Made by a program: the position numbers and the translations under genes
Notes under the pieces: generated by a model
What the model saw: only the letters and a program-made list of their open reading frames with translations
Databases searched by the model: none
Told to the model about the DNA's origin: nothing
Shown: positions 1 through 13,036 of the stretch, piece after piece
Layout: the number at the start of each line of letters is the position of its first letter
Position numbering within the stretch: position 1 is the first letter of the stretch
NCBI GenBank assembly: GCA_047495785.1
Contig: JBLDXI010000105.1
Location: 1-64,000 of the forward strand
Direction of reading: 5' to 3'
DNA: 64,000 nucleotides
From: Lepidodermella squamata
Lineage: Eukaryota; Animalia; Gastrotricha

Positions 1-13
1 ACAAGTTCGAATA

Positions 14-478
14 CCGTAAACTACAGTATAAAGGCCGCGGCGATTAATTTTCCTGATTTTTCAGAAAGGGGTGAAAAATGCGGCGATTATTCAGGTGCGG
101 CGATTATTCGAGTGCGGCCTTTATTATCTTGAATTTTCAGCCGTCACGCTGAACTAGCAGTTTATTCACTACTAACGGGTGTAACAGGTACGCCACCCGG
201 ATTTTACTGGGCGGATTTTACGGGCGGATTTTACTGTAATCAAGATCTGCAGCTAGCGTAATGAGTTTACATATTCGCTAAGAAGTGCGGATAATCCGTC
301 TACTCGGAGTCACCCCAGGTGTCTCATTGAGGGTGACTGCTAATCGCTATTAAGGAGTGCGGCGATTATTCGCGCGCGGCCTTTATTATTGCCAAATTGT
401 TGAAAATGGGGTGTTTTTGCGGGGATTATTCGAGTGCGGCCTTTATTCAGGATGCGGCCTTTATACTGTAGTTTACGG
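14..478. mobile_element. Tc1/mariner-pogo-type MITE
   Basis: Perfect 25-bp TIR CCGTAAACTACAGTATAAAGGCCGC, TA at 12-13 and 479-480, internal GCGGC(G/C)(A/T)TTATT repeats, no ORF. Confidence 0.9.
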
Positions 479-979
479 TAAATCTTGTTTATAACACGTA
501 ACGCGTTTATTCTAACGTTTCGGTTATACTCCCATAACCATCTTCAGGGATTGGTTAGGAAATCGAAATTTGAGGTTAAGTTAATAAATAAGAATGTTTT
601 AAGGCATCTTGAAATTGTAATCTGGCTAGTTCTCCATCTTCTTTTTACACCTTCTCATGGAATATCGGCTCTATGGAATATTCAGCTAAGTTATTTACGG
701 AGCCGATATTAAACCCTGATTAATCGTTAGAGGTTCGGCTCGGTTAACGTGCGATGTTCGGTGAACCATGATAACCTTAGGCCAACCCGGTTGAACTTAT
801 CCGTCATTTACCTGGGCATAGCCGCCGAGCAGCAGCTAAGAAATGTGAACTCGCAGCAACGAACAAGCAGCAGCAAGAAATTTGATGTCACCAGCTTATT
901 CGGATAAGCCGTCTCTTATCGAACCATAACTGTTACATGATACCAAACCTCCAATTTTATTGAAACAAAAACTAAACTT

Positions 980-2785
980 CTATTTAATATTGAATGTCAA
1001 TTTAGCTAGCTCTTGTTCGTCCCTGCTTACCAAAGCAGCTCGCCGCTGAGCAACAGCCGCACCGCTTTCATCAATGGCAGATGCTGTCACAGATAACAAT
1101 TGTTCGATTGCAGTCGTTAGCTTCATGACATCAGCCGAGTTCTGACCATGCAGCTTTGAGCACATCAGCGCGAAAGCAGTGTCTATGCATTTTTGAGCTT
1201 CTGTTGCTTTCGAAGATTTTTTAGCATCGTTGTAACCTAAAATGATTTTCCCGGTCAAATCGGATGTGTTATTGAAGAGTAGATACATACCGCGGAAGAA
1301 TAGCTTACACGTGAACAGTGCCGCCTCGATTAGAGTGGGGCTCCAAGATGCAAGGGCTCTCGAGGTCTCGTCCTCCGCTTGGATAGCCGGCTGAAAGCAA
1401 TTGTAATAGGTTCGGATGAGGAATTATTAAAAAAGGCTTCTACCAAAAATTCAGGATTCATATCAATAAACAGTGGCATACAATCAGGGTGCACATAAAG
1501 CCGCCCTGGTGTCCCGGGCATAGCTGAGAAAGCGACTGTTATCAACTTCCAGTTTCGAGACAGCAATTCCCTGGCTTCAGATTTACTTAATTGGAAAGAA
1601 CCTGGAACCAATCAAAATGTCAACAATATTGAGCATTACGCATTAGGAATATTTGCAAACTGAACATTTATTCTATTAACCCTTAGCCGCCAAAGACGTG
1701 TACACGCGTTAATTCCGGAGAAAATTCACCGTGATCGGAGGATTTGGGCTATCGAACCCATTGTTGCGTCATAAATTATGATAAATCAATAGTAAGAAAC
1801 AAGCACTCCCCGAAAATCCAAATTTTCCAAGCCATTCTGACCAGGTCGAAAATAGTGAGAAAATTTTTAAATGACTTGTTAACACGTCATGAAAACGCGT
1901 TAACACGCCATAGCAACGGCGACCTAGGTAAATTTCTTCTGAAAAAGAGGTTCGGCTTTCAATCTAAGACTTTCTGCCGACTCAGAATTTGATTTTAGCC
2001 TCTTCTTGATTTTCTGGGATTTTCTGAAAGGTGCTCGAGTTAACACGTCATTGCGCCGGCGGCTAAGGGTTAATTGAGTAAAACAAAGCTTACGTTGCAC
2101 GAAGGTTGAAAATATCTGCTTTTTCCGCATCAATGCAATGATGTTACCGTACATAAGATCGTTCAAAGAGCTTCGATCGTGGAGAACATTCAAAGCCGAG
2201 TTTGTTCGCAACGGCAGCTGAACGAGGAAAGAATGAGTTAATCTCGGGGCAGGTTTCTTTAACATAACAACTCACGTGTTCTAGATCATGAAGCTGAAGT
2301 TGCGTATCAATAGCTAGCTTCAAAGTCATTTCTACGTTCGAGCCATTTATTTTTTGAGGAATGTGATCGATTGGTGCGGAATATTCGAAAGATTTATCAG
2401 CGAGGAATTTGCCTGGAATTAGCAATATTGTGTCAAATAATTATCGGGAAAACTGGATCGAGGGGAGCGATCAATTATGGGCTATAGAAAAATTAGGGTA
2501 AGACTCACATTTCATTCCAGCATTTAGACATCGCTGAAATCGGCATTTAGAGCACATAGATCGCCGATGAGCACGGCTTGTCTGAGACTTGCCAGAATTC
2601 TCGTTTTTATGACGGCATTTCAAGGTACGCCAATTTCCAGCATTCCGTCGGAAAAACTTCTGACAAGCGTGGCAGACTCGCGGCTGGTAACGCTGCCGCC
2701 TAAGAACCGTAAGGCCACATACCCTGCACTTGATAGCATCTTCTGAAGAAGCTTGGGACACTCCATTGTCCAAGCCATCCGTCAT
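980..2785 (-). CDS. Divergent nuclear receptor-like gene NR1, 6 exons, 350 aa
   Basis: Exons 2785-2509, 2412-2276, 2217-2094, 1601-1444, 1390-1291, 1236-980; all introns GT-AG; 1053 nt in frame. DBD CRVC..CHACQKFFRR..CSKCRFQRCLNAGM. Confidence 0.9.
1680..2069. mobile_element. piggyBac-type MITE in intron 3 of NR1
   Basis: TTAA at 1676-1679 and 2070-2073, 12-bp TIR CCCTTAGCCGCC. Absent from the equivalent intron of paralog NR5 (23283-23363). Confidence 0.88.
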
Positions 2786-4502
2786 TTGAAATCAATAAAC
2801 GATGTTTAAACCTTCTTGAGCTATTTTAATAATGAGCGAGTTAGCATGTGGATGAGAAATTGAATGTAATAATAGTTTCAACTATTTAGCCTCTTCCAGA
2901 CTGTCGTCTTACGTCATATACCGTTTTGTTAATTAATCCTTCCACGTCACAGTCACGTGTGCCCGAAATACCGCAGTTTTTCTACGGCTCACTTCAATGA
3001 GACCGACGCGCAGAGCTACCCCTATGTCTATGTCAGAAATGTAGAAATGTAGAAATTAGATGGATACTACTACATATTGATCGGAGCATTCCTTAAAGTT
3101 TCCCATCGTCAGCAAAAGCTAGTAGATTTAGAAAATCGGCCTTGCTAATAGGAAAGCTCACTTTTTCTAAAGATATTTTCCGCGAATTTTGTTGCAATCT
3201 TGCCCCAAGCCCTTCGTGCTCATGAGAGCTCAGAGTCAACTCTAGCCGCGACTTTATTTATTTTATATAAACTTTGAATAGCTTAGATTAAACTGGCATC
3301 TACATCTACCGCCATGTTGTGTGGAGGATGTATTCATTACTGAATTTCAATGAGAAATTAAGATAAGAAATGCAAACTCATACAAACAGGAGATTTTACG
3401 CCGAATTACCTATAATATAAATTAAACTAGGATGCGTTCTACTTTTCACAGTTAAAAACATGTAGCAGCTTCTCAATAAAGCGCGCACGCATAATAAAAA
3501 TAATATATATGTTATGCATTCGTATGAATGAAGTACTTGCATGTTTAAATTGAAATGAAGGTATAGCTTAGCGTTCTTACAAAACCAGCACTGGGCTATG
3601 CTCTGTCATGGCAGGTAAAAGCGTTTATTGTAAATCGATAGAAACCCGCGCAATGCAGTAGGCGACATCCGAAACACTTCGCATGGCTTGCGTTTAGGAT
3701 GGATGTTGTTCCCAAAAGCAAATGATCATGAAAATGGCAGTATTTCCGTAAAAGATGCTGATAATCGAAATAGGTTACGAAGGCATTTCAGCTTTTCATT
3801 AGATTAAGTATTTAGCTATAGTATTTATATAAGACAGGAATAAGTGAGAAAAATGTAACTAGCTTAGACTGCTGTGAAGAGAGCTAGGTTTATGGCAACG
3901 ACTTAACAATGAATCCAAAGGAAAAAACACATAATTACACTATATAACTAGAAACTATAACATACGCCCATTGATAAAATGGCGAGCACGTGCTTTCCAA
4001 TTTTTCACAACTCCTCTGACCTCTCGTGTTCATTATTTATTATAGGAATTCCACGAATTTTTAGAATCTAGAATTTAAACCTATTGGGTGGAATGTTTTG
4101 AAAGCAACATTCGAGCAATGTCAGAAAAATGACCTCAGGCCACCAAAAAATTCGAAAATGTTGTTCCGCTAATGTTGATTAGGTTCTCCGGTGGTAAGAA
4201 GACCCCTATCCTATTATTCGGCGTACAATGCCACAGCGCACATGGCCTGCATGGCCACACACGTTGTAACTGTAACGGCTTCGTAGAAACGACGAACGGC
4301 GCTGCTTCATTGCGGTTATAATTGCAGAGCGCTGTTGCCGTAATTTGATTGCTCAAGCATAGAAATAAGCATTTAATTTATCGATCCGTATTGACTGTGT
4401 ATGCTGACGTATATACGTAAGCACGTGTGCATGAATAAATCCGGGCTTTTCCCGCAGCGATGTTTTGTATACTGTATACTTAATTCAAAAAGCATCCCTA
4501 AA

Positions 4503-5255
4503 ATGGCCAACAATATTTGCCGCGAGATCCAAACCTGCTCGTTTTTACCAAAAATCATTGGCAACAACTTCTGCGTGGGGAGTCACAAGGAGATATGATG
4601 TTGGTCGCCCTTTACTACGACAAGGCCCTCGCGCACAGCTTGTCAATATCGGAGTGAAAGGAAGAGTGACAACGGCTTTCATCAACAGCTTCGACGACAA
4701 TTTCATCATGAGTCTCCTTCGAATCTGGTGTATTGGAAGCGGAGGCCGGCAGTGGAATGACGATTCTCCATTACGCTTGCAAAAATGACAGAAAGGAACT
4801 AGTTGCTCGTTTGATCAATCTGGAGCTAGGATCTTCATTGCTTAAAATGGTATCAAGCAGCGGCCGCAGCGCTCTGAATCACGCGATTGATGCTGGGAAT
4901 TTCCAACTTGCAAAGCAACTTTTGACTTCTCCTGAATCGGAGATAATATTCTGTTAACCCATATATATACCTTGAATTCTTCCAAGTATTACCTTGTAAT
5001 ACTAACCAAATTCTTCCAAGTACTAACCATGTATTACCTTGAATTCTTCCACGCTTCGAAAAGAAGGATGAGCTCAGGGAAATCTTACGGTGTGAATTCC
5101 AAGCGATTTTCGCAGAGATTCGAAAGCATTAGCGAGGCAAGTTATCCTCGAAAGTTTCCCCCTCGGATTCTGCACCAGATTATCTGCCATCAATCAATCA
5201 AGTCTTTCAGCTCACTTGCCAAGCGACATTTTCAATTACTTGCTTGTACAATTAT
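4503..5255 (+). pseudogene. Ankyrin repeat/SOCS-box pseudogene
   Basis: High nucleotide similarity to 25230-25946 but split over several frames. Retains GMTILHYACKNDRKELV and SALNHAIDAGNFQLAKQLL. Confidence 0.85.
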
Positions 5256-5452
5256 TCATATGATTTCAGAGTACATCAATTCTACCCAGTGAATAAATAC
5301 ATTTCCCATAGTAATTTTCAATGCACAGATTGAAGGCCTTTTCAATTCCGGTTTCAATTCCGATTTGTTTCATCAATTCTTAAGTTTAACGACGGTGAAT
5401 CTGAGCTAGAAAATCAAAGCTTCAAACAAGCACACAGCACACAATTTGCTGT

Positions 5453-7212
5453 TCACTTCACGTTGAATGTCAATTTCGCTAGTTCGGATTCTTCCACACT
5501 GGCCGTTATCAGCCGCTTCCGGGCAACAGCCGCGCCGCTTTGGTCAATGACGCGCGCTGTAATTGAGATCAAATTCTCGACAGCGGCTACTTGCCGCATG
5601 ACTTTCGCCGAGTTCGCGCCATGCAACTTCAAGCACGTCGCTAAGAACGCTGTCCTGATGCTTTCGTGAGCATTCTTCAATGCTGGGGAATTCCCAGATT
5701 CTGCGAAACCTGCAAGAAACGAATATAGAACGGAAAAGGTTGATGCTTCATGAATTCGCTAACCTCTAACAAATAGCTTGCAAGTAAACAGAGCGGCTTC
5801 GATCAGTGTTGGATTCCAAACTGCCAACGCTCTTGAAGTCTCTTCTTCGGCCTGAGCGGCTGGCTGAAAATCATAGATGAAATTAGTCGAGAACGGCATT
5901 GGCTTGAAAAAATTTACCGAAAAATCCGGATATATATCAAGGAAAACATTCAGGCAGTCGGGATGAATGTGAAGGCGCGCTGAACTGCTTGGCATAGCTG
6001 AGAATGCAATAGTTATCAGCTTCCAGTTTCGAGATAGCAAATTTCCAGCCTTGGCATCATCCAATGCGAAAGACTCTGAAACGAAAACAGTGTTTTAATA
6101 TGTCGAATTTGCCAGCCCAATTACTGAGCCATGATCAATTAAATGGTCATATAACTTTACAACAGAAACCCCGCCATGTTTTTATGGCCAAAAAGCTTTC
6201 AAGATTTAAGAGAGTGCGAATTGCGAATTTCCGCTTTTGGGATTTTTTTACATCCGGAATGCAGCGGTGGTTGCTGCAATGTGATTAGGATTAAAGGATT
6301 AAAGGATTTCACATGCGGACTTCTACTACTTCTAGGCTTACTTTGCATGAATTTCGAGAAAAGCTGATTTTTCGTCATTAAAGCGGCAATGTGACCGAAC
6401 ATGAGGTGATTCAAACAGGTGCGATCGCGTATGATTTCGGGTTCTGACATAGTTCTCATCGGCAGCTGTTCAAGAAAGCGATTCAATGAAGACAAGTATA
6501 TCAAATAAAACGTACATGCTCAAGATCGTGAAGCTGAAGTTGCGCGTCTATAGCTAGCCTCAATGTATTTTCGAGGTTCAGACCATCGAATAGCCGTGGA
6601 CTGCACTCGATAGAAGATCCGCAATCAAAAGGCTCGCCCGAATAAAATTTGCCTGTAAGTAATTGAAGCAGGAGACACAGATGCAACTCCAGAGAAGGAT
6701 TCCCTGAGCGTCATGGAGGGGAGGGGGACATTTTTGGGTAATGCTCATCCCATTTCAAGCCGAATTCCATTCTCTAGAGTTGTCTACATTTATTTCTAAA
6801 ATGTTTACTTTGAAATTTGACCAATCTCAGACAGATTGTCAAATGACTGTCAAATTAATCAAATGATTTTCACTTCAAACACCTCCATTTTTCGATTAAT
6901 CGTTTTGCGGGGCTTACTTTTCATTCCCACGGCGATGCAGCGCTGGAATCTGCATTTCGGACACACGATGCGGCGGAGGGTATAGTTTGTTGGCAACTTG
7001 TCGTCAGAATTCGATTGTGTATGATAGCATTCCAGGGATCGCCAATGTTCCGCATTCCGACGGAAAAACTTCTGGCAAGCGTGGCAGACACGCGGCTGGC
7101 AATGGCGCCGCCTTGGCACCGCAAGGCTGCATACCTTGCACGTTGGTGCATTTCGCGAAGACGCTCCATTCGTTTCATTGGCTTTGAATACCTTGTCGTG
7201 CTTAAAATCCAT
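5453..7212 (-). CDS. Divergent nuclear receptor-like gene NR2, 6 exons, 356 aa
   Basis: Exons 7212-6918, 6652-6516, 6465-6342, 6075-5918, 5863-5764, 5709-5453; GT-AG, in frame; P-box CHACQK. Confidence 0.88.
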
Positions 7213-8711
7213 TCGCCTCTAGATAGTCTAAAATTGGGAGAAAAAGAAGCGATGCATTTAACAAGGCTACTGAGGTTTTCTCGCATAGTAGCGCCGTTGA
7301 ATGCGCTTTTCTTTATTTAGTTTCGGTCGGCGGGTCGCTTCCCTCAAAATACGAACATAATTAGCCTCGACCGTCAATATACCGGAATATAATTGAGGAT
7401 CTGATAAGAAGGGAGGATCTATTTAAAAGAGAGGAGAGCTAAGGGCTATTGCAAAGCATTCGAAGTATTTAAAGGCAGGGCCTAATAGAGAGACGATCTG
7501 ATTCCAATGCTCATGCCGTCATCAGCAAAAACGTGCGCAGAGATGAAAATGTGCTTTTCACCTCAATCTCTCTTAATCTTGTTTGTTTACAACTTGGATG
7601 AAACTTGATGTAGCCCCGTATATGCAGGCTGCAGGGCATGCCGCTGTAATACCGAGGTATACATTGCATACATTCGAAGCGTTGTAAACTAGGTACAAAT
7701 ATTTCCCAAAATGAGAATCTATAAAGCAAGTTATTGATTTAATACTTCAAATGTATGATGACACATTCGGACGTTAGGGAACTTTATACTCACAGCAACT
7801 GCTGCGAAATTCGATCATTATTACTACTGCTGACATGAGTATACTTGCATGACATAATTTATGTCTTAGGCCTAAGCCTGACATGTGAAATAATGCTCAG
7901 CGACGACTGCGTAGCATGCACGCAAGCACGAAGAGGCGTTACTTTGATGTCCCCATAAAACTAGCGACGGATCTAGAACTTTCATAGTATCAACATGTTG
8001 ATGAGTCATTGCCTTTACTGCATTTAAATCGCATTGTGATTGTGATTGATAACGAATGACGGTTACGCGGCCTTTCTAGCAGCCTCGAATAGAAATAAAA
8101 TAAGACATCAATTTGAACAAAAAATATCAATAATTGATATTTTGAAAACAACAGCACTAAACAAACACTTATGACCTTCATAATAAAAGCCGATCAGCTC
8201 ATGCAGAGAATAATAAATTTTGATTTTTTACAGAGGTGGGATCCTCGATTGTTGACATGTTTTTACTTGCCGCGTGATTTAGAAAATCGTCAACAAAATT
8301 ATTGATAACCGGACCGGGCGCACTTTGAGGTTCGAATGGTAAGTAACCCGATTTTGTGATCAGTGCCATGGGAATCCTGGTCGAATTTGCGGATCTTAAG
8401 CCGAAAATCTTGTCGATTCTTTGCATCATTCTCTATCTGCGCCATTTTCGAACGGGTCCATGTTAATTCTACGGACATACATGTGTAGGCCATCATAAAA
8501 TTCGGGGCCGAAAAATTAACCGAAAGCTGGAGGATCCTACATCGCACACTCATTCATACATGATAGCTTCGTTCGTGCAGTGTTCCCGTGTTGGAAATAA
8601 TCATGATAGCGAGCAATTATATTAGCTTGACCTGACGATGGAATCCACGATTTTTCGAGACGGTTGACATTTAGGTGATCTGCAAGTCTCTCAACGATCC
8701 GCAACGAATAA

Positions 8712-10858
8712 TTAATGGTTGAACCTCAATTTTACTATTTCCAGTTCTTCGCTGGTCGCCGTAGGTCTTAGACGCCTTGCAACAGCTCCGCCGCTTCGAT
8801 TGATGACGCAGGCTGCGACTGATATTGAATTCTCGACTGCAGCCAGCTGCTGCATGACTTTTTCCGTATTTCCCCCATGAAGCTTTGAGCTCATCATTAG
8901 GAAAGCTGTCTCAATGCTTTGTTGAGCTTCCATTATTTTCCACGACAGCCTTGAATCGGTACAACCTAACGGGAGAAAATAACAGGCATTGAAGAATCAT
9001 GAATTTCCCCGAGTTTTCATAGGTTTGGTATCAGCCAGCCTATAGCCTGAAAACATGGAAAAAACCAGGCACCAGGTGCTTGGGAAATGTTGGTATTAGC
9101 AGAGAGCAGGACGCTTCCAATTTGAAAAACGTTGGGGAAAATTAGGAGAAAATCTTGCGTTTCGGAAATCGTGATATTTCCTTCTTATATCTGAGTCGCG
9201 CAGCATTTCCTAATAGTTTAACTTCGTCGTAGAGAACGCAGTGAACGAAGTTATAGATCACTACGTTCACTATGAACTTCGTTATATTTGTGTACCTCGG
9301 AAAAAGAGCCTGCAGGTGAACAGAGCGGCTTCGATCAGCGTAGGATTCCACACTGCCACTGCATTGGAGGTCGCTTCTTCCGCTCGAGCAGCTGGCTGAA
9401 ATCGAGAGAAGCAATTAATTCATAACAGATAAGTGAGAAATTTCACCAAGAAATCGGGATTCATTTCAAGGAAAACATGTATGCAGTCGGGATGCACGTA
9501 TAGACGCGACGACGTTCCGGGCAAAGCAGCATATGCGTTCATTATCAGCCCCCAGTTCTGAGACATCGAATCGATATCTTCGAAGTCATTCATTCCGAAC
9601 GACTCTGAAACGGGAACGATTTTTAATCAGAGTTGAGTCCATGTTTTGAAACTGTCACTTACGACTAGCCTTAATTCTAAGCCGTGTCAACAAAGACATG
9701 GCCTCAGCTCAGATACAATAATATCCGCTCTAAAATAATAATTTTTGGTAATTTGCTCCTGTATCTGTCTATCTCGGGAAATGACAACCCACATTTACTC
9801 AATTTGTTAAACTGGTTATAAACAAATGACGAGAAATACCCAATGAGAGAGCGTAAATGAAAATTATGCACATTGTACATTGGTAGAAGAGACAGGTTGA
9901 AAGCTTCCGTCTATTCCTAACTGTTTATCGTCGGGATATGTACCAGGAATAATTTATTAGAAAGCAAACTAAAAAGCCTTACGTTGCATGAATCTGGAGA
10001 AAATCACGTTCATCCTCATCATACCGGCTAGGGTGCCGTACATGAGACCGTTTAAGTAACTGCGATCACGCAGGGCAGCAGCATCCGCCATAGTTCTCAG
10101 TGGCAGCTGTGCAAGAAGGCATACATCGTTAGCGACGCGCCAAAACAACCACTTTGATGACTCATTCGATGGTACATTGACGAGCCGAACGTTAAGAAGG
10201 AGTACGTTTAGCTTATTTGAGCACTAATCTTACTTGTCGTAATTTGAATTTACGTTTAATGGTCGAATAACTTTCCAAAACAATCTATTAACAGTAAAGT
10301 GGTTGTTTTGGCGCGTCGCTAACGATATTGGGTTCATTGGTATGTGAAAAAGCACAAAACAATTACGTGGTCAAGGTCGTGTAGTTGAAGTTGTGCTTCT
10401 ATAGCTAGACGTAACGTCTGCTCGACTTTAGAACCGTCAACTAGTTGCAGACTGCGTTCGATTCGCGTGGGAAAATCCAAGGATCCACCTGCCAAATATT
10501 TGCCTGAATAATCATTAATAAGACGTAAGTACATGGATAGGTAACGAAAAAAGCGAATTTAAATCTGCCATATATATTTGCAGGGCTCACTTTTCATTCC
10601 AGCTATAATGCAGCGCTCGAATCTGCATTTCGAGCACATGAAGCGGCGGAGTTTAATGTTGTTAGGCCGCTCGCCGAAATCTGAGTAGTCATGGCGGCAT
10701 TCCAAGGTGTGCCAATTCTCCACTTTCCGACGGAAAAACTTCTGGCACGCTTGGCAGACGGTTGGCTGATAATGTCGCCGCTTTGCCACAGCTAGGCCAC
10801 ATACCTTACAATCCGGCGCATTCGACGAAGAAGTAACTTCCTTGTATTGACAAGACAT
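8712..10858 (-). CDS. Divergent nuclear receptor-like gene NR3, 6 exons, 346 aa
   Basis: Exons 10858-10591, 10503-10367, 10106-9983, 9604-9447, 9395-9296, 8965-8712; P-box CQACQK. Confidence 0.88.
10125..10326. mobile_element. MITE-like inverted-repeat insertion in intron 2 of NR3
   Basis: 31-bp perfect inverted repeat ATCGTTAGCGACGCGCCAAAACAACCACTTT. This intron is ~260 nt versus ~55 nt in paralogs. No clear TSD. Confidence 0.8.
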
Positions 10859-11799
10859 TCTAGAGATGAGTAATTTGTTTAGAATCTTGATTTAAGACGG
10901 GTTCATTCTGATAAAATTAATTGACGCCTTGCGGGACTGTCAAAGATTTTTAGAATCGTAGACTTTAGAATCTGAATTAGAGAAAAATGGTGTCTTGAGC
11001 AACTTAAGCATGAAAACTCAGGAAAAGCATGAAACAATACTGCAAGATTTCGAAAATAAATGGATAAAGAAGGTGTTAAAATCGCTGATTTTTAAATAAG
11101 AAAACCAACAAATCTTATCTTCAGATTCTAGCACATGAAAACCTCCGAGATTGGTACCTTCAGGCATTTCAGGATCTATGGCTTAGTATTCCCGATCCCC
11201 TAGTCTGTTGTTTTAGCAAGGCCCCATGAAAGCTTCACTCTCGAAATGTTAGAGAAAGCAATTAAACACTAATGCTAGCAGCGATTTCGACATCTGGAGT
11301 CATCTGAACGAGAGAAATATCATAGCCGAGCCACAATTTGTTTTTGTGTGTGTGCAAAATATGTACTTAGTAGAAAGCTGACGATGGCACCTTTCATTGG
11401 TCGATTGATGACAAATTTTCCCGTTAATAGTCAACGATAGAAAATGTGTTCCTTTGAACAAGATGCGTATTAAATTTGAGTCGAACAATCGATCGGGACA
11501 CACGCAAACACTCTAATGGAATAATGTTAGCCTGTCGCATGTTATTAGTGAAAGTGCGAACAGGACAGAATGGGGAGATGAGAGTACTGCATGGAGAGAT
11601 ATTCTAAAAAGGGAATCATTGCGTTTCTAATTGTATGATCTGAATAACCCTAAAAACAAGCTGGATCCCCATCAAGATGCTACATATGTCTCCACAGCAC
11701 TTTTGATTTCACGTTTTTTAAACTTAAGACCTTACAACACGCAGCCTTTTTCAGTGTCTTGTTTGTTGAAATGATCTGGAATGCAGGGCTGAAAAATCA

Positions 11800-12010
11800 C
11801 CTAGGCGGAAAACATGCATAGCGGAACTGTCAGTTGGCGGAACTCTCGATAGCGGTGTGTCATAGCGGAAATGTATGTCGAAACTCATTTTGCAGCGGAA
11901 ATGCCAATAGCGGAAAACGCAATAGCAGAAATGGTCGTTGGCGGGCGGAATAAATGTAGCGGAAATGAAATAGCGGAACTTAAAAAGCGGAAAAGTAGCC
12001 AAACCCCCGA
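11800..12010. repeat. Cluster of (A/G)GCGGAA motifs, probably a MITE remnant
   Basis: About ten irregularly spaced AGCGGAA/GGCGGAA copies ending in GTAGCCAAACCCCC. Confidence 0.5.
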
Positions 12011-13036
12011 ATAACAGCTTTTCGGCCAGGCCATTTTAAGGAATTGGATCAAATTATTATCGCATATTTCGATTGCCTTACCCTCCGTAATCGGTACACT
12101 GGTTACACTTTACCTAATACCTAGTACTTCGTTCGATGGTTCGTTTCCATTCGAATTTACCTACTTTTGAATGTGCTAATTTTCTCCAACTTTTTGCCTT
12201 CGAAACCAGAATTCAGACCGCGAGATTCATACTCTTCCGTCGAGAGATCACATTGTTCTCTGACTTCGATTACGTCATCGATAAAATCGACATTTTGGGG
12301 GTTGCTCTATTTTTAACCACAACAAAGTAAAAACTTCAATTTTGGCCGCGGTCTGCTTTGCGTTCCGATGAGAGTTCATATTGTTCTCAGATTCTGATGA
12401 CGGATAGCTTGAGACTCGAGTGTGCGGATATTTGGGCTGGAAAATTTAGTTTAGCAGATTAATTGGTGGAGACGACTCGCTTTTAATAATATTCATAAGT
12501 CGCTTTCTATAGTCTTTTATATTGCTTTAGGTAATCGCAATGAAATCGATCAATATTCATTTATCGCCCTTCTTTCATCCGCTTTGAACGCCTCTCAATG
12601 AGAATTCTGAGAAAATAATAGGTAAATGGCATGGATAACATCATAAATGATCATAATAAGTAAAGCCAGTAAACCCGATGATTGAAATTTCTCATCTAGT
12701 ACGTTTCAGGATCCTACATCGCGCACTGTGAACAACAAAAACGCGAAGAAGTTCGTAAGCTTGTTTATTATTATGAACGGCTGCGACGTTTCGATGTTCG
12801 ATGTTCCATATTGGCATCATCTTGGCGTAAACTTGGCATATCGAGATTTTATTTTTCAGCCATACGCCTCGCAGCGCTCTCGGCGCGATAACTTGATGCC
12901 ACGATGATTCAGGGGGTACAATAACATTTCATAGATATAAAATTTGTGTGTAAGTAGACAGTGTGTATAATGTAAAGCTTATAAACAAGAGATCATGGTT
13001 GATGTTTAGTGTTTGTTTTGATCGTTTTTATGTCGT

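Noticed and set aside
9218-9255. loxP-like arms AACTTCGT...ACGAAGTTAT
   Set aside because: The arms are incomplete and the spacer is too long; more likely part of a small intronic repeat.
11800-12010. Short repeats with variable spacers resembling a CRISPR array
   Set aside because: The unit is only ~7 bp, spacing is irregular, there are no cas genes, and the context is intron-containing eukaryotic DNA.
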